DNA of 64,000 nt from the NCBI GenBank assembly GCA_963754875.1, contig CAVWHO010000020.1:192001-256000 (forward strand), read 5' to 3'. The stretch comes from Nitrospirota bacterium. Its GTDB lineage: Bacteria > Nitrospirota > UBA9217. Shown piece by piece: positions 49,965 to 61,262 of the stretch. Below the pieces are notes generated by a model that saw only the letters and a list, made by a program, of their open reading frames with translations, made no database searches and was not told where the DNA came from. The translations under genes were made by a program, and so were the position numbers. Positions within the stretch are counted from its first letter, which is position 1. The number at the start of each line of letters is the position of its first letter.

Positions 49965-51482
49965 GTGAGTACGCATCGAGGACAACAGGCAGCGTCCGCG
50001 CCGCAAGAACGCACAGGTACCCGGAAGCAGTCGATCGGTAAAACGTTTCAGCTTTCCAGCCTGATTTTCGTGGTTTCGCTGGTGTCTATTTTGGCACTCA
50101 TCGGTTTCAAGACGACGCGGGATCAAATTCGGGAACAGATGGATGCGCGAGGGGACGCCATGGTGAAATATATGGCGAAGACGAGCATTTACTATTATCG
50201 TAACTTCGACCTCGGTGCGCTCGACGGGTTTGTCAAGGAGATCATTAAAACGCCGGACGTCGTCTACGCCGTGTACTACGACGAAAAGAAAAATCCCGTC
50301 ACCATCTCGTCGAAAGAGCCGGCGAGCACGTCGGACCTCCTGATTTATGAAACGCCGGTGAAAGACGAGGCCGATAACCTTTTGGGCTACCTCTCGCTCG
50401 GGTACAGCAAGCGGGCCCTCATGGTAAGCGCACGGAAATCTTTTCTCATCATGGGGGTCAGCACGATCCTGGCACTGCTCGTGGTCGCTCTCGGCGTCCG
50501 TTATCTGATCAACAGGGTCGTTGTGCGGCCGATCAAGCAGGCAGTGACTGCGGCCGAACGGCTATCTCGCGGCGACCTTGCAGTGGCGATCGAGATTGAG
50601 AAGCAGGATGAATTGGGATATCTCCTGACAGTCATGCAAACGATGGTGGTCAAGCTCAGGTCGGTTGTGACCACCGTGAAGACGACGACCGACCACGTGG
50701 CATCGGGGAGCCAGTCGGTGCAGGCCAGCGCCGAACAGGTGTCTCAGGGGGCCTCCGAGCAAGCTGCTGAGGCCGAGCAGGTTTCGGCGTCCATGGAACA
50801 GATGGCTTCGAATATCGGACACAATGCCGAGAATGCCCGTGAAACAGAGAAGATCGCATTACAGGCTGCACAAGCGGCCCAGGAGGGAGGTCGGGCCGTG
50901 TCATTGACCGTATCAGCCATGAAGGAGATCGCCGGCAAGATAGGCATCATTGAGGAAATCGCCCGCCAGACGAACTTGCTGGCCCTCAACGCGGCGATCG
51001 AGGCCGCGCGCGCAGGGGAACACGGCAAGGGCTTCGCGGTCGTTGCGACGGAAGTAAGGAGACTTGCGGAGAAGAGCCACACCGCGGCCATCGAGATTCG
51101 GGATGTATCGGCCTCCAGCGTAGAAGTCTCCGAGAGAGCGGGGGAACTTCTGTCAAAGATCGTACCGGATATCCAGAAAACTGCCGGATTGGTCCAGGAG
51201 ATTTCCAGCGCCAGCAGCGAGCAGAAGATCGGAGTTGAACAGATTCGCAGTGCGGTGTCTCAGATGGATATGCTGATCCAGCAATTCGCAGGCACCGCAG
51301 GATCCATGTCCTCGACTGCCGAGGAGTTGGCTTCCCATGCGGAACAACTGCAACAGGCGATCGCGTTTTTTGCGATCGGTACGAAACAGACAAAGATTGC
51401 CGAAAGCCGGTTTACGGCGTATCCCATTGCGGGAAAGGAGGGAATGCCGCTTTCGTCTGAGGTCGATGTGAGGGTGGCGTAA
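49965..51482 (+). CDS. Methyl-accepting chemotaxis protein
   Basis: Two TMs, HAMP, IARQTNLLALNAAIEAARAGEHGKGFAVVA; GTG start after AGGAGG. Confidence 0.93.
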   Translation: MSTHRGQQAASAPQERTGTRKQSIGKTFQLSSLIFVVSLVSILALIGFKTTRDQIREQMDARGDAMVKYMAKTSIYYYRNFDLGALDGFVKEIIKTPDVVYAVYYDEKKNPVTISSKEPASTSDLLIYETPVKDEADNLLGYLSLGYSKRALMVSARKSFLIMGVSTILALLVVALGVRYLINRVVVRPIKQAVTAAERLSRGDLAVAIEIEKQDELGYLLTVMQTMVVKLRSVVTTVKTTTDHVASGSQSVQASAEQVSQGASEQAAEAEQVSASMEQMASNIGHNAENARETEKIALQAAQAAQEGGRAVSLTVSAMKEIAGKIGIIEEIARQTNLLALNAAIEAARAGEHGKGFAVVATEVRRLAEKSHTAAIEIRDVSASSVEVSERAGELLSKIVPDIQKTAGLVQEISSASSEQKIGVEQIRSAVSQMDMLIQQFAGTAGSMSSTAEELASHAEQLQQAIAFFAIGTKQTKIAESRFTAYPIAGKEGMPLSSEVDVRVA

Positions 51483-51667
51483 ACTCGCTCTGCCTGTTTT
51501 TTACTCTCTTCATCACGGCGGGCGACGAACCGGCTGGGCACGCTCGCGGCGCAACTTGGTTCGTGCTCGGACCGGTCTTTTCCGCTTCGGAAGGCCTCTT
51601 GACTGCGCTGCGTCGATAGTTTAAAACTTGAAAAAAAAACATAAATCGGGTAAAGTCTCCAGTACTT

Positions 51668-52897
51668 ATGACGGAAACGGAGACACAACCCGCAGGCTGG
51701 CGCAAGGGGCTCACGCGAAACGTCGTGATCCTCGGCTTCGTCAGCCTTCTGAACGACGGCGCATCCGAGATGATCTATCCGCTGCTGCCGGTCTTTCTCA
51801 CGTCGGTGCTCGGAGCGGGGCCGGCGGCGCTTGGCGTGATCGAAGGGATCGCAGAGTCGACCGCATCATTGCTTAAGCTCTACTCCGGGTATGTCTCGGA
51901 CCGGGTGAAGAAGCGCAAAGGATGGATCGTTGCCGGTTATTCCATCTCGAACATCATTCGGCCGCTCATAGCGTTTTCTACGTCATGGCTCCACGTCCTT
52001 GCGCTTCGTTTCTCCGATCGCGTGGGGAAGGGGCTCCGGACTTCGCCGCGCGACGCAATCATTGCCGATTCGACACCCGCGGAATTCCGGGGTAAAGCGT
52101 ACGGGTTTCACCGTGCCATGGACCACAGCGGCGCAATCATCGGACCTCTTGCCGCGACAGCCCTGCTCCTTGTCTATCACGACAACCTGAAAACCATATT
52201 TCTGCTTTCCGTCATTCCTGGCGTTCTCGCCGTCGGCATGCTGCTTTTCGGACTCAAAGAAAAACCGGCGGAAGCCCCGAAATCCGCTGCCCCCGCGGCG
52301 GTGTTTAATTTCCGTTCTTCACTCCGTGAAATGCCGGGAGGTTTCCAAAAATTTCTCATTATCGTACTCGTTTTTACGCTCGGCAACTCAACCGATGCAT
52401 TCTTGCTGCTTCGGGCGCAGCAGCTCGGCGTTCCGGTCACGCTCCTTCCCCTGATCTGGGTAGTACTCCATATCGTCAAGATGATATCCTCGGTCCCCGG
52501 CGGGACCCTCTCGGACCGCATCGGCAGAAAGAAGGTGATTGTCGCCGGGTACGTTGTTTATGCTTTGGTATACGCCGGGTTCGGTGCAGCGACCCAGCAT
52601 TGGCATGCGTGGACGCTCTTCGGCCTGTACGGCATTTATTTCGGCTTTACCGAAGGCGTTGAGAAGGCGCTCGTGGCTGATTTTGCTCCCGTGCATTTAC
52701 GGGGATCGGCCTTCGGTCTCTATCATTTGGTCGTCGGTGCCGGCGCCTTTCCGGCGTCCTTGTTGTTCGGGTTCGTCTGGCAGCGTTTCGGCTCAGCCTC
52801 GGCCTTCGGAATGGGCGCGGGCCTTGCATTGCTGGCGGGCGTGATGCTTTCGGCCCTGGTCGTGAGGAAGCCGGGGGAAAACATCGCCCCTCAGTGA
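51668..52897 (+). CDS. MFS transporter
   Basis: About 12 TMs; SDRVKKRK and SDRIGRKK loop motifs, DRVGKGLRTSPRDA. Confidence 0.9.
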   Translation: MTETETQPAGWRKGLTRNVVILGFVSLLNDGASEMIYPLLPVFLTSVLGAGPAALGVIEGIAESTASLLKLYSGYVSDRVKKRKGWIVAGYSISNIIRPLIAFSTSWLHVLALRFSDRVGKGLRTSPRDAIIADSTPAEFRGKAYGFHRAMDHSGAIIGPLAATALLLVYHDNLKTIFLLSVIPGVLAVGMLLFGLKEKPAEAPKSAAPAAVFNFRSSLREMPGGFQKFLIIVLVFTLGNSTDAFLLLRAQQLGVPVTLLPLIWVVLHIVKMISSVPGGTLSDRIGRKKVIVAGYVVYALVYAGFGAATQHWHAWTLFGLYGIYFGFTEGVEKALVADFAPVHLRGSAFGLYHLVVGAGAFPASLLFGFVWQRFGSASAFGMGAGLALLAGVMLSALVVRKPGENIAPQ

Positions 52898-53072
52898 GGA
52901 AAGGAGACGGGGCAGCCGAGGTTGCCGTCTCCGACCCTGGTGCGAGGACTGTGTTTTCTCTCCCGTGCCGGCCTTTTTCGTCTGATGGCCATCAAGAGCG
53001 GGCATCAATTTCCCAACGCGATTGCCTGAGTGCCGTATCCGACAGGAATACTAGTCCCGATGGTTGTGAACT

Positions 53073-53630
53073 ATGCAAAATATTATAAAACTCTTGGCAT
53101 TTCTGTCAGCATCGATCGTAATCGTCCGCTTTTCACGTCTTTCTATGCGGAGTACCCGCTTTCACGGTTTTTACCGGTTTTTTGTCTGGGAATTCCTCTC
53201 AGCGCTCATTGTGCTGAATATCCAGTATTCGTTTCACAAGCCTGCAAGTGCGTACCAGATCATTTCGAAGTTTTGTCTTATTGTTTCGCTGCTCCTGGCA
53301 ATTCACGGGTTTCAGTTGCTGCGCAAGATCGGGAAGCCGGACAACCGGCGGTCGGACCCCGCCCTGTTCTGGGTCGAGAAAACGACCGTGCTGGTTGCTG
53401 AGGGGGCGTATCGATATATCCGGCACCCGCTTTATTGTTCGCTCATTTTTTTGACGACAGGAACATATCTTGAGTCCCCGACTAAGGCGGCCGGAGCACT
53501 GGCACTTCTGACGTTACTCAGTTTAATCATTGCTGCCAAGGTGGAAGAAAACGAGAATATTCAATTTTTCGGCGCTTCGTACCGAGAATACATGAAGCGG
53601 ACCAGGATGTTCATCCCTTTCGTGATTTGA
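53073..53630 (+). CDS. Isoprenylcysteine carboxyl methyltransferase / PEMT family membrane protein
   Basis: GAYRYIRHPLY, EE...FG..Y..Y...T.MFIP. Confidence 0.85.
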   Translation: MQNIIKLLAFLSASIVIVRFSRLSMRSTRFHGFYRFFVWEFLSALIVLNIQYSFHKPASAYQIISKFCLIVSLLLAIHGFQLLRKIGKPDNRRSDPALFWVEKTTVLVAEGAYRYIRHPLYCSLIFLTTGTYLESPTKAAGALALLTLLSLIIAAKVEENENIQFFGASYREYMKRTRMFIPFVI

Positions 53631-53691
53631 CCGGCAATTTCACGAGATTGAACTAATGGCGTCAACCGGCACCAAAAAGAAAGAGGTCTTT

Positions 53692-54293
53692 ATGGGAACC
53701 TATACCGTAGCCATCAGCGGCGCAAGCGGAGCGCCTTATGCGCTCAGGCTGCTCCAGGTGCTGATTAAAAGCGGCCACTCTGTGAATCTCTCGATCTCGG
53801 GAGATGGGCTGTCGATCCTGAAGGATGAAACGGGTCTCATGCTCAAGGGTACTGAGACGGACATCCGGTTTTCACTTGGAGAGGCACCTCGATGCGAAAG
53901 AAGGGCAGATCAGTTATTTCGATGAGAACAACATGTACGCGGCAATCGCAAGCGGCTCCAACAAGGTGGATGCCATGGTGGTGATCCCCTGTTCCATGAA
54001 GACGCTTTCCGCCATTGCCCACGGCTATGCATCGACGTTGATCGAACGCGCGGCAGATGTAACACTCAAGGAACAACGCAAACTCATCCTTGTCCCGCGC
54101 GAGACGCCGCTTTCCGCCATTCATCTCCGGAATATGCTGACGCTTGCTGAACTCGGATGCTGCTATTATTCCCGCAATGCCGGCGTTTTACCAGCATCCC
54201 AAGACGGTCGCGGATATGGTCGATTTTATCGTAGGGCGCGTGCTTGATGCTATGGGGATCGAAAACGATTTGTCGCGGCGCTGGGGCATGTAA
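53692..54293 (+). CDS. ubiX: Flavin prenyltransferase UbiX, two frameshifts (near 53878 and 54163)
   Basis: [46 protein letters not shown]...RRWG spread over three frames. Confidence 0.88.
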
Positions 54294-54416
54294 AATATTT
54301 GCGTGAGGCAGGTTGGACGCTGCGTTCTTGCACCACATCCTCCTGCAGGCTCGGTCCTCCGCGCTGCGTCTTCTCGTCCTGCTCCTGGGGCCCGCCCCTT
54401 GTTACGCTGCTTCCGA

Positions 54417-54806
54417 TTAATGAAGGGCCGCCTTGACGAGGTGTTCGAACTCCTTTTTCCCGATCGGCTTATTGATGTACTCGAACACACCAAGACTCAG
54501 CGAACGGAAATAATTTTCTATGTCGCCATGGGCGGTCATCATGATGACCGGAATCGAAGGCCGGACCTGCCGGAGGGTCGTTACAAGATCGAGGCCGTTC
54601 ATATCGGGCATGCGATAATCGGTGATCACGAGGTCGATCGGAACGCCCTGACGGATGACGGTAAGCGCGGATAGTCCGTCCGGTTTAACAATGACGTTGT
54701 ACCCCATGTCGCTCAGTACTTCGCTGAATGTTCTTCTCGCTTCCGTTTCGTCATCCACGAACAAGATCGTCTTGCAGCTGCTATTCACCTTAGTTTCCGC
54801 ATTCAT
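54417..54806 (-). CDS. Single-domain response regulator
   Basis: ILFVDDE, ITDYRMP, MTAHG, INKP. Confidence 0.88.
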   Translation of the reverse strand: MNAETKVNSSCKTILFVDDETEARRTFSEVLSDMGYNVIVKPDGLSALTVIRQGVPIDLVITDYRMPDMNGLDLVTTLRQVRPSIPVIMMTAHGDIENYFRSLSLGVFEYINKPIGKKEFEHLVKAALH

Positions 54807-55108
54807 GCAATTTCCCCCACTAGACCCCGGGTTGCTTCCGCAAACGTGACGATCCGGCAACCGGAATACAATTAAAGCCTTATTTATTTTATTACACTTG
54901 GCGGAAATAAAAGTCAACACGGATGCGATAAAAATTAATCATACCCATGCTAATAGCGACTAAAGAAGCAGTAAAGTTTTTCGATCAGGATAGTTTTCGA
55001 AGGGAGGGATTGCTTGCAGATGGCCCGCGGTGCAACTCCTTGCATGGCTGAATCTGTTATACTAAATACAGAACCCAGGGATAGGCATAAAAACGTGGGG
55101 AAGACCGA

Positions 55109-56809
55109 ATGAAAACATCAGCTGCTGAAGATCCTGAAATGAAATGTGTCGGAGAAGCAGCGAACATGGTCGATCAGAATTATCGGCTCGTCTTCGATTC
55201 GGCAGCTGACGGCATATTGCTCGTAGACGCTGATACCGGAGAAATCACGAATGTAAACCGTACTTTTGTGAAGCTGTCCGGCTATCCTCTCGATGAGGTT
55301 TTGGGAAAAAAGCTCTGGGAGATCGCAGCACTAAGAGCTACTGACACAAAATTCATTCTCGCTCAGATCAGGGAGGGACGGAAACGTGTTTATTCGGCCG
55401 ACCAGCAGATCGAAACACGTGACGGGAAACAGGTTAACGCTGAAATCCTGTGCAGTGTTTACGTTGCTGGGAGCGGCAAAGTAATCCAGTGCAACATCCG
55501 AGACGTAACGGAACGGAAATCGATAGAGCGGGCGCGGCCCAGATCAGAAGATCAGTTTCGCCGCATATTTGAAGGAAATCCGCAGCCGATGTGGATATTC
55601 GAGGGGGATTCTCTCGCCTTTCTGGCCTTGAATGACGCGGCAATCCAGATGTTCGGCTATTCGCGGGAAGAATTCATCACCATGACCATGCACAACGTAC
55701 TCAGTCCCTCGGAAGTTCCCGACTTTCTCGATAGTATCGGGAATGTCCACTCGCCGCTCCTGAAGCCCGATGTCTGGCACCTGCGAAGAAATAACGGTGA
55801 AGCGATAGAAGTTGAGATTGCATCGAATGAACTTCCATTTAACGGCAGGAAGGCCCGCTTTGTTGTGGCGACGGACGTTACGGCGCAGAAACAGGCGGAG
55901 CAACTGCTGAGGGAGAGCCGGCGGCTTCTCCAGGAAATGCTGAACGCGTTGCCGATCGGGGTCATGCTGACGGAAAGCACGGGGAACATCATCATCAAGA
56001 ACCCGGCAATGAAGCAGATCTGGGGAGGTGAACAAAGCTTCGGGAGGGACCGGTACGACGAATACAAGGGCCATTGGTCGGATTCGGGAAAAGAGATTGC
56101 AGCCAAAGAATGGGCTGTTACGCGGGCATTGCTTGAGGGGAAAACAACTCTCGATGAAATGATCGACATCAATATCTTCGATGGGACTCATAAAACGATT
56201 TTGTACTCCGCTGTCCCACTGAAGGATTCCGGAGGGAATATTGCGGGCGCCATTGTTGTGAATCAGGACATTACCGAGCGCAGACGCCAGGAAGAAGAAC
56301 TGAAACGGGTGCACGCCCTGCTGGAGCGCCAGGCGACCACCGATACGCTTACCGGCATTTTCAACAGGCTAAAATTCAACGAGTTGCTGGACATCGAAAT
56401 ACGGGGGGCTATGCGGTACAGGCATCCTTTGTCGTTGATCATGTTCGATATTGACCATTTCAAGTCCATTAATGATACCTATGGCCACTTGGTCGGCGAT
56501 GCCGTACTGAAGGAGATCACCAGCCTGGTAACGGGCAACATCAGAAACGTGGATGTTTTCGCACGCTGGGGAGGGGAAGAATTTGTCATCCTCTCGCCGG
56601 ACAGCTCGTTGAAAGCCGCGAACCAGGTGGCGGAAAAACTGAGGCGATTGATCGAGGTGTCGTCTTTCAGTAGCCCGTGCAAGGTAACGGTCAGCTTCGG
56701 ATTAGCGCAGTTCCAAGAGGACGATGTGGCTAACAGTTTCCTGAATCGGGCGGATGCAGCCCTCTACAGGGCAAAAAGCCTCGGCAGGAATCGGGTTGAA
56801 CCGTGCTGA
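55109..56809 (+). CDS. Diguanylate cyclase with three PAS domains
   Basis: Three PAS repeats ending DVTE/DVTA/DITE; DTLTGIFNR, DIDHFKSINDTYGH, RNVD I-site, GGEEF. Confidence 0.92.
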   Translation: MKTSAAEDPEMKCVGEAANMVDQNYRLVFDSAADGILLVDADTGEITNVNRTFVKLSGYPLDEVLGKKLWEIAALRATDTKFILAQIREGRKRVYSADQQIETRDGKQVNAEILCSVYVAGSGKVIQCNIRDVTERKSIERARPRSEDQFRRIFEGNPQPMWIFEGDSLAFLALNDAAIQMFGYSREEFITMTMHNVLSPSEVPDFLDSIGNVHSPLLKPDVWHLRRNNGEAIEVEIASNELPFNGRKARFVVATDVTAQKQAEQLLRESRRLLQEMLNALPIGVMLTESTGNIIIKNPAMKQIWGGEQSFGRDRYDEYKGHWSDSGKEIAAKEWAVTRALLEGKTTLDEMIDINIFDGTHKTILYSAVPLKDSGGNIAGAIVVNQDITERRRQEEELKRVHALLERQATTDTLTGIFNRLKFNELLDIEIRGAMRYRHPLSLIMFDIDHFKSINDTYGHLVGDAVLKEITSLVTGNIRNVDVFARWGGEEFVILSPDSSLKAANQVAEKLRRLIEVSSFSSPCKVTVSFGLAQFQEDDVANSFLNRADAALYRAKSLGRNRVEPC

Positions 56810-57220
56810 AAGATAGGAGAATGGCTTTCGCTGTCGGAAAGCGCGAATTACCCGGCCGGTTCGTTAATTACTTTATATTCCAGCTCGCTGAGTGCTTCGG
56901 TCACTATTTCCCCGTTCCCGGATCGTTCTTCACGAGTGAGGATCGTTTTTGCATTGATGATATTTTCGCTTGCGGTTCTCATGCTCTCCCTTTTCCTGAC
57001 TCCAGCTTTCCTGGTAACAAATAATTATAGAAGAGCAAATACAGTGCCATTTGTTTGTTCCCGAGCATCATTACCGCATGTCGCTGAAATGTCGAAGAAG
57101 TTTATAAACGGTATATGGACTATTTCGGGAAAAAGATGAAAGATGACGGAACTGGCGTCTGTCCGATGGACGCTGGTCGTTTGCCTGAAGGGGCTGCGTC
57201 GTCAATTGACCGTCTGCCAT

Positions 57221-57676
57221 TTACGCGTTGAATTCCGTGCCGCCGCTCTCGCCGAGGTTTTTTATCCAGGTGTCGATCATAGACGAATCCTGTTTTGCAA
57301 TCACGTCCTCCTCAACGAAGACGGGTGCCCCGATGCGGATTGCGATGGCGATCGCGTCGCTGGGCCGGGAATCGATATGGAACTCCTTGTTGTTGTGGAG
57401 CAGATAGAGCGATGCGTAGAAGGTGTTTTCGATCAGGTCGCTGATGACCACGCGGGCGATTTCAACTTCCAGGCGGTCGAACATGCTGACGATCAGGTCA
57501 TGGGTGAGAGGGCGGGCGGCTTTGACGTTGCTCAACGCCATGGCTATGGAGTTGCCCTCCGCTGCCCCGATCCAGATAGGGAGTATCTTTTTCCCTGATT
57601 CATCCTTCAGCACCACAATGTAACTGCTGTTCCGGCTGTCGAAAAGAATCGTATTAACATTCATCTGGACCCACAT
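57221..57676 (-). CDS. Bifunctional nuclease (DUF151) family protein
   Basis: LPIWIG, RPLTHDL, IDSRPSDAIAIA. Confidence 0.9.
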   Translation of the reverse strand: MWVQMNVNTILFDSRNSSYIVVLKDESGKKILPIWIGAAEGNSIAMALSNVKAARPLTHDLIVSMFDRLEVEIARVVISDLIENTFYASLYLLHNNKEFHIDSRPSDAIAIAIRIGAPVFVEEDVIAKQDSSMIDTWIKNLGESGGTEFNA

Positions 57677-57806
57677 TGCGTCACCCCGATTGTGATAATA
57701 AAATACCACACCCTAAATGGCAAGTAAAGGGATTATTTTATTGACATTTTTCAAAGATACGATATACTTTCTTGCCTGAAAACTGCGGGGGAAATGCTGA
57801 CCATTC

Positions 57807-59471
57807 ATGAAGCAAACGCTGACCGAAATCCTGCTCCAAGCCCTCGGTAGGGCTAAAGAAAAAGGCGAACTAAAGCTCGAAACGCAACCGGCAATTTCGC
57901 TCGATACGCCCCGGGACAAAAGCCACGGCGACCTTGCCACGACCCTTGCCATGACTTTGGCAAAACCCGAAGCCAAAGCACCGCGTAAAATCGCCGAGAT
58001 CATCGTCAGCAATATCCAGGATGAAGATGGGATCATCGAAAAAACCGATATAGCGGGCCCAGGTTTCATCAATTTTGTCTTCAGGCAAGACCGCTGGAAA
58101 AAGACGCTCTTTGAAATAGATGCTGACGGCGACGCCTATGGTCTTCAAAATATCGGCAAGGGTGAGAAGGTCCTCGTCGAATTCGTGAGTGCGAATCCCA
58201 CAGGGCCGCTTCACGTCGGCCACGGACGCGGCGCTGCAGTGGGAGATGCGCTCGCAAATCTGCTGGCAGCCGTGGGGTATGATGTCGCGCGGGAGTTTTA
58301 TATAAATGATGCCGGAAGACAGATACGTCTTCTCGCGCTGTCCGTGTACGCACGGTACCAGCAGGCGCTCGGCAAAGAATTTCCGTTCCCCGAGGACGGT
58401 TACCACGGCAGCTATATCGAGGAGATCGCCCAGGAATTTTTAAAGGTCCATGGCAATACCTTCCTGAATGTCCCTTTTGAAAAGTGCGAGCGCCAGTTCG
58501 GAGATTACAGCAAGGACGCCATGCTCGCCGATATCCGGACCGACTTGGAGGCTTTCGGCGTCCGATTCGACACGTGGTTCAGCGAGGCTTCGCTTCTTTC
58601 AGACGGATCGGTACAGCGCTCTCTCGACGAATTGATGGAGAGCCGGAACCTCTACGAGCAGGACGGGGCGTTGTGGCTTCGTTCCACTGCGTACGGTGAT
58701 GATAAAGACCGGGTTGTGGTGAAGAAGGACAAGAGCTACACTTATCTGGCAACGGACATCTCCTATCACCGGAACAAGCTGGCCCGGGGGTTCAAAACGC
58801 TCGTCAATGTCTGGGGAGCCGACCATCACGGCTACATTCCTCGCGTACAGGCTGTGATCCAGGCCTTCGGGCATTCCAGGGATTCGCTCCACGTCGTGCT
58901 CGTACAGCTGGTGGCAATACTGAGGCACGGCAAGCCGGTGCCCATGTCCAAGCGGGCAGGGACGTTCGTGACGCTCCGGGACGTGGTCCAGGATGTAGGA
59001 AGCGATGCTGCACGATACATTTTCCTCACGCGGCGCTCGGACAGCCACCTGGACTTTGACCTCGATATCGCCAAGGAACAGTCCCGGGAGAACCCGGTCT
59101 ACTATGTACAGTACGCGCATGCGAGGTTGGCGAGCCTGTTCCGCGAGGCGGAAACGAGAAATATAGCGATGCCCAAAGGCGATGCAGTCGATCTGTCGCT
59201 GCTCGACCTCGAGGAAGAGCAGAACCTCATCAAGATGCTTGCAAAATATCCCGAGGTCGTCGAAGAAGCCGTGTTGTCCTATGAGCCGCACCGGCTTGAC
59301 GTTTTATCTTCAGGACCTGGCCGGGCTGCTGCATAACTATTATTTCAAACACCGGGTGATCACCGAGGATATGGCCCGGACGGCAATAAGCTGTTTCTCA
59401 TGAAGCAGGTCAAGACCGTGATCCAGAGCGCGCTCACGATACTCGGCGTCAAAGCGCCGGAGAGAATGTGA
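57807..59471 (+). CDS. argS: Arginyl-tRNA synthetase, with two compensating indels (near 59297 and 59387)
   Basis: SANPTGPLHVGHGR, WGADHHGY, MSKRAG, YVQYAHAR; C-terminus LGVKAPERM recovered across the frameshifts. Confidence 0.93.
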
Positions 59472-59570
59472 AAACAACAGGAGATAGGAGCCAGCTGTCA
59501 GAAGACAGAAGAACGGAACAGGCATTCGTGATCTTTTTCATCCTGGCTTCCGACTCCTGAAATCTGCTGA

Positions 59571-60710
<1,140 letters not shown>

Positions 60711-60789
60711 AGCACCGTGATGAACCGGGGTTTTTCATGTGTGCATCCTGCATCGTGCACAGAACCCATATTTCAAGGAGGAGCAGATC

Positions 60790-61128
60790 ATGTTTATCGC
60801 AACAGCATATGCAATGGGAGCACCGGGCGGTGCCGCAGCCCCGGGGGGTGGCGGAGGAGGATATTCGAGCCTCATCATGATGGCCGTCATTTTCGCGATC
60901 TTCTATTTCATCCTGATCCGGCCGCAGCAAAAAAAGATGAAAGAACACAAGAAGATGGTCGAAGATCTGAAAAAAGGCGACCGGATCGTTACCTCCGGCG
61001 GCATGTATGCCACGGTCGAGAACGCCACGCCTGACACACTGACGGTCAAGATTGCCGAAGGCGTCAAAGTGAAGATCACGCGCGGGTCCGTCGGCGCGGT
61101 GGTGAAGCCCGAAGAAGAAAAAGAATAG
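60790..61128 (+). CDS. yajC: Preprotein translocase subunit YajC
   Basis: FYFILIRPQQK, GDRIVTSGG; AAGGAGG RBS. Confidence 0.95.
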   Translation: MFIATAYAMGAPGGAAAPGGGGGGYSSLIMMAVIFAIFYFILIRPQQKKMKEHKKMVEDLKKGDRIVTSGGMYATVENATPDTLTVKIAEGVKVKITRGSVGAVVKPEEEKE

Positions 61129-61262
61129 AACACCCGTAAAGCTTTCTTACCCAAAGGTCGCAGAAGAAATGTCCAGATACGGCATTCAGGATTCACTATG
61201 CTGAGTTCTCGGCGATCTCCAGGTAAAAATTTTGAACTAAGAATCAGCAGGAGGCAAGGATA

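Noticed and set aside
798..59291. Long antisense ORFs (for example 798-2126, 3291-4340, 6700-7632, 35403-36524, 48926-49885)
   Set aside because: Shadow frames opposite well-supported genes in GC-rich DNA, with no recognisable motifs
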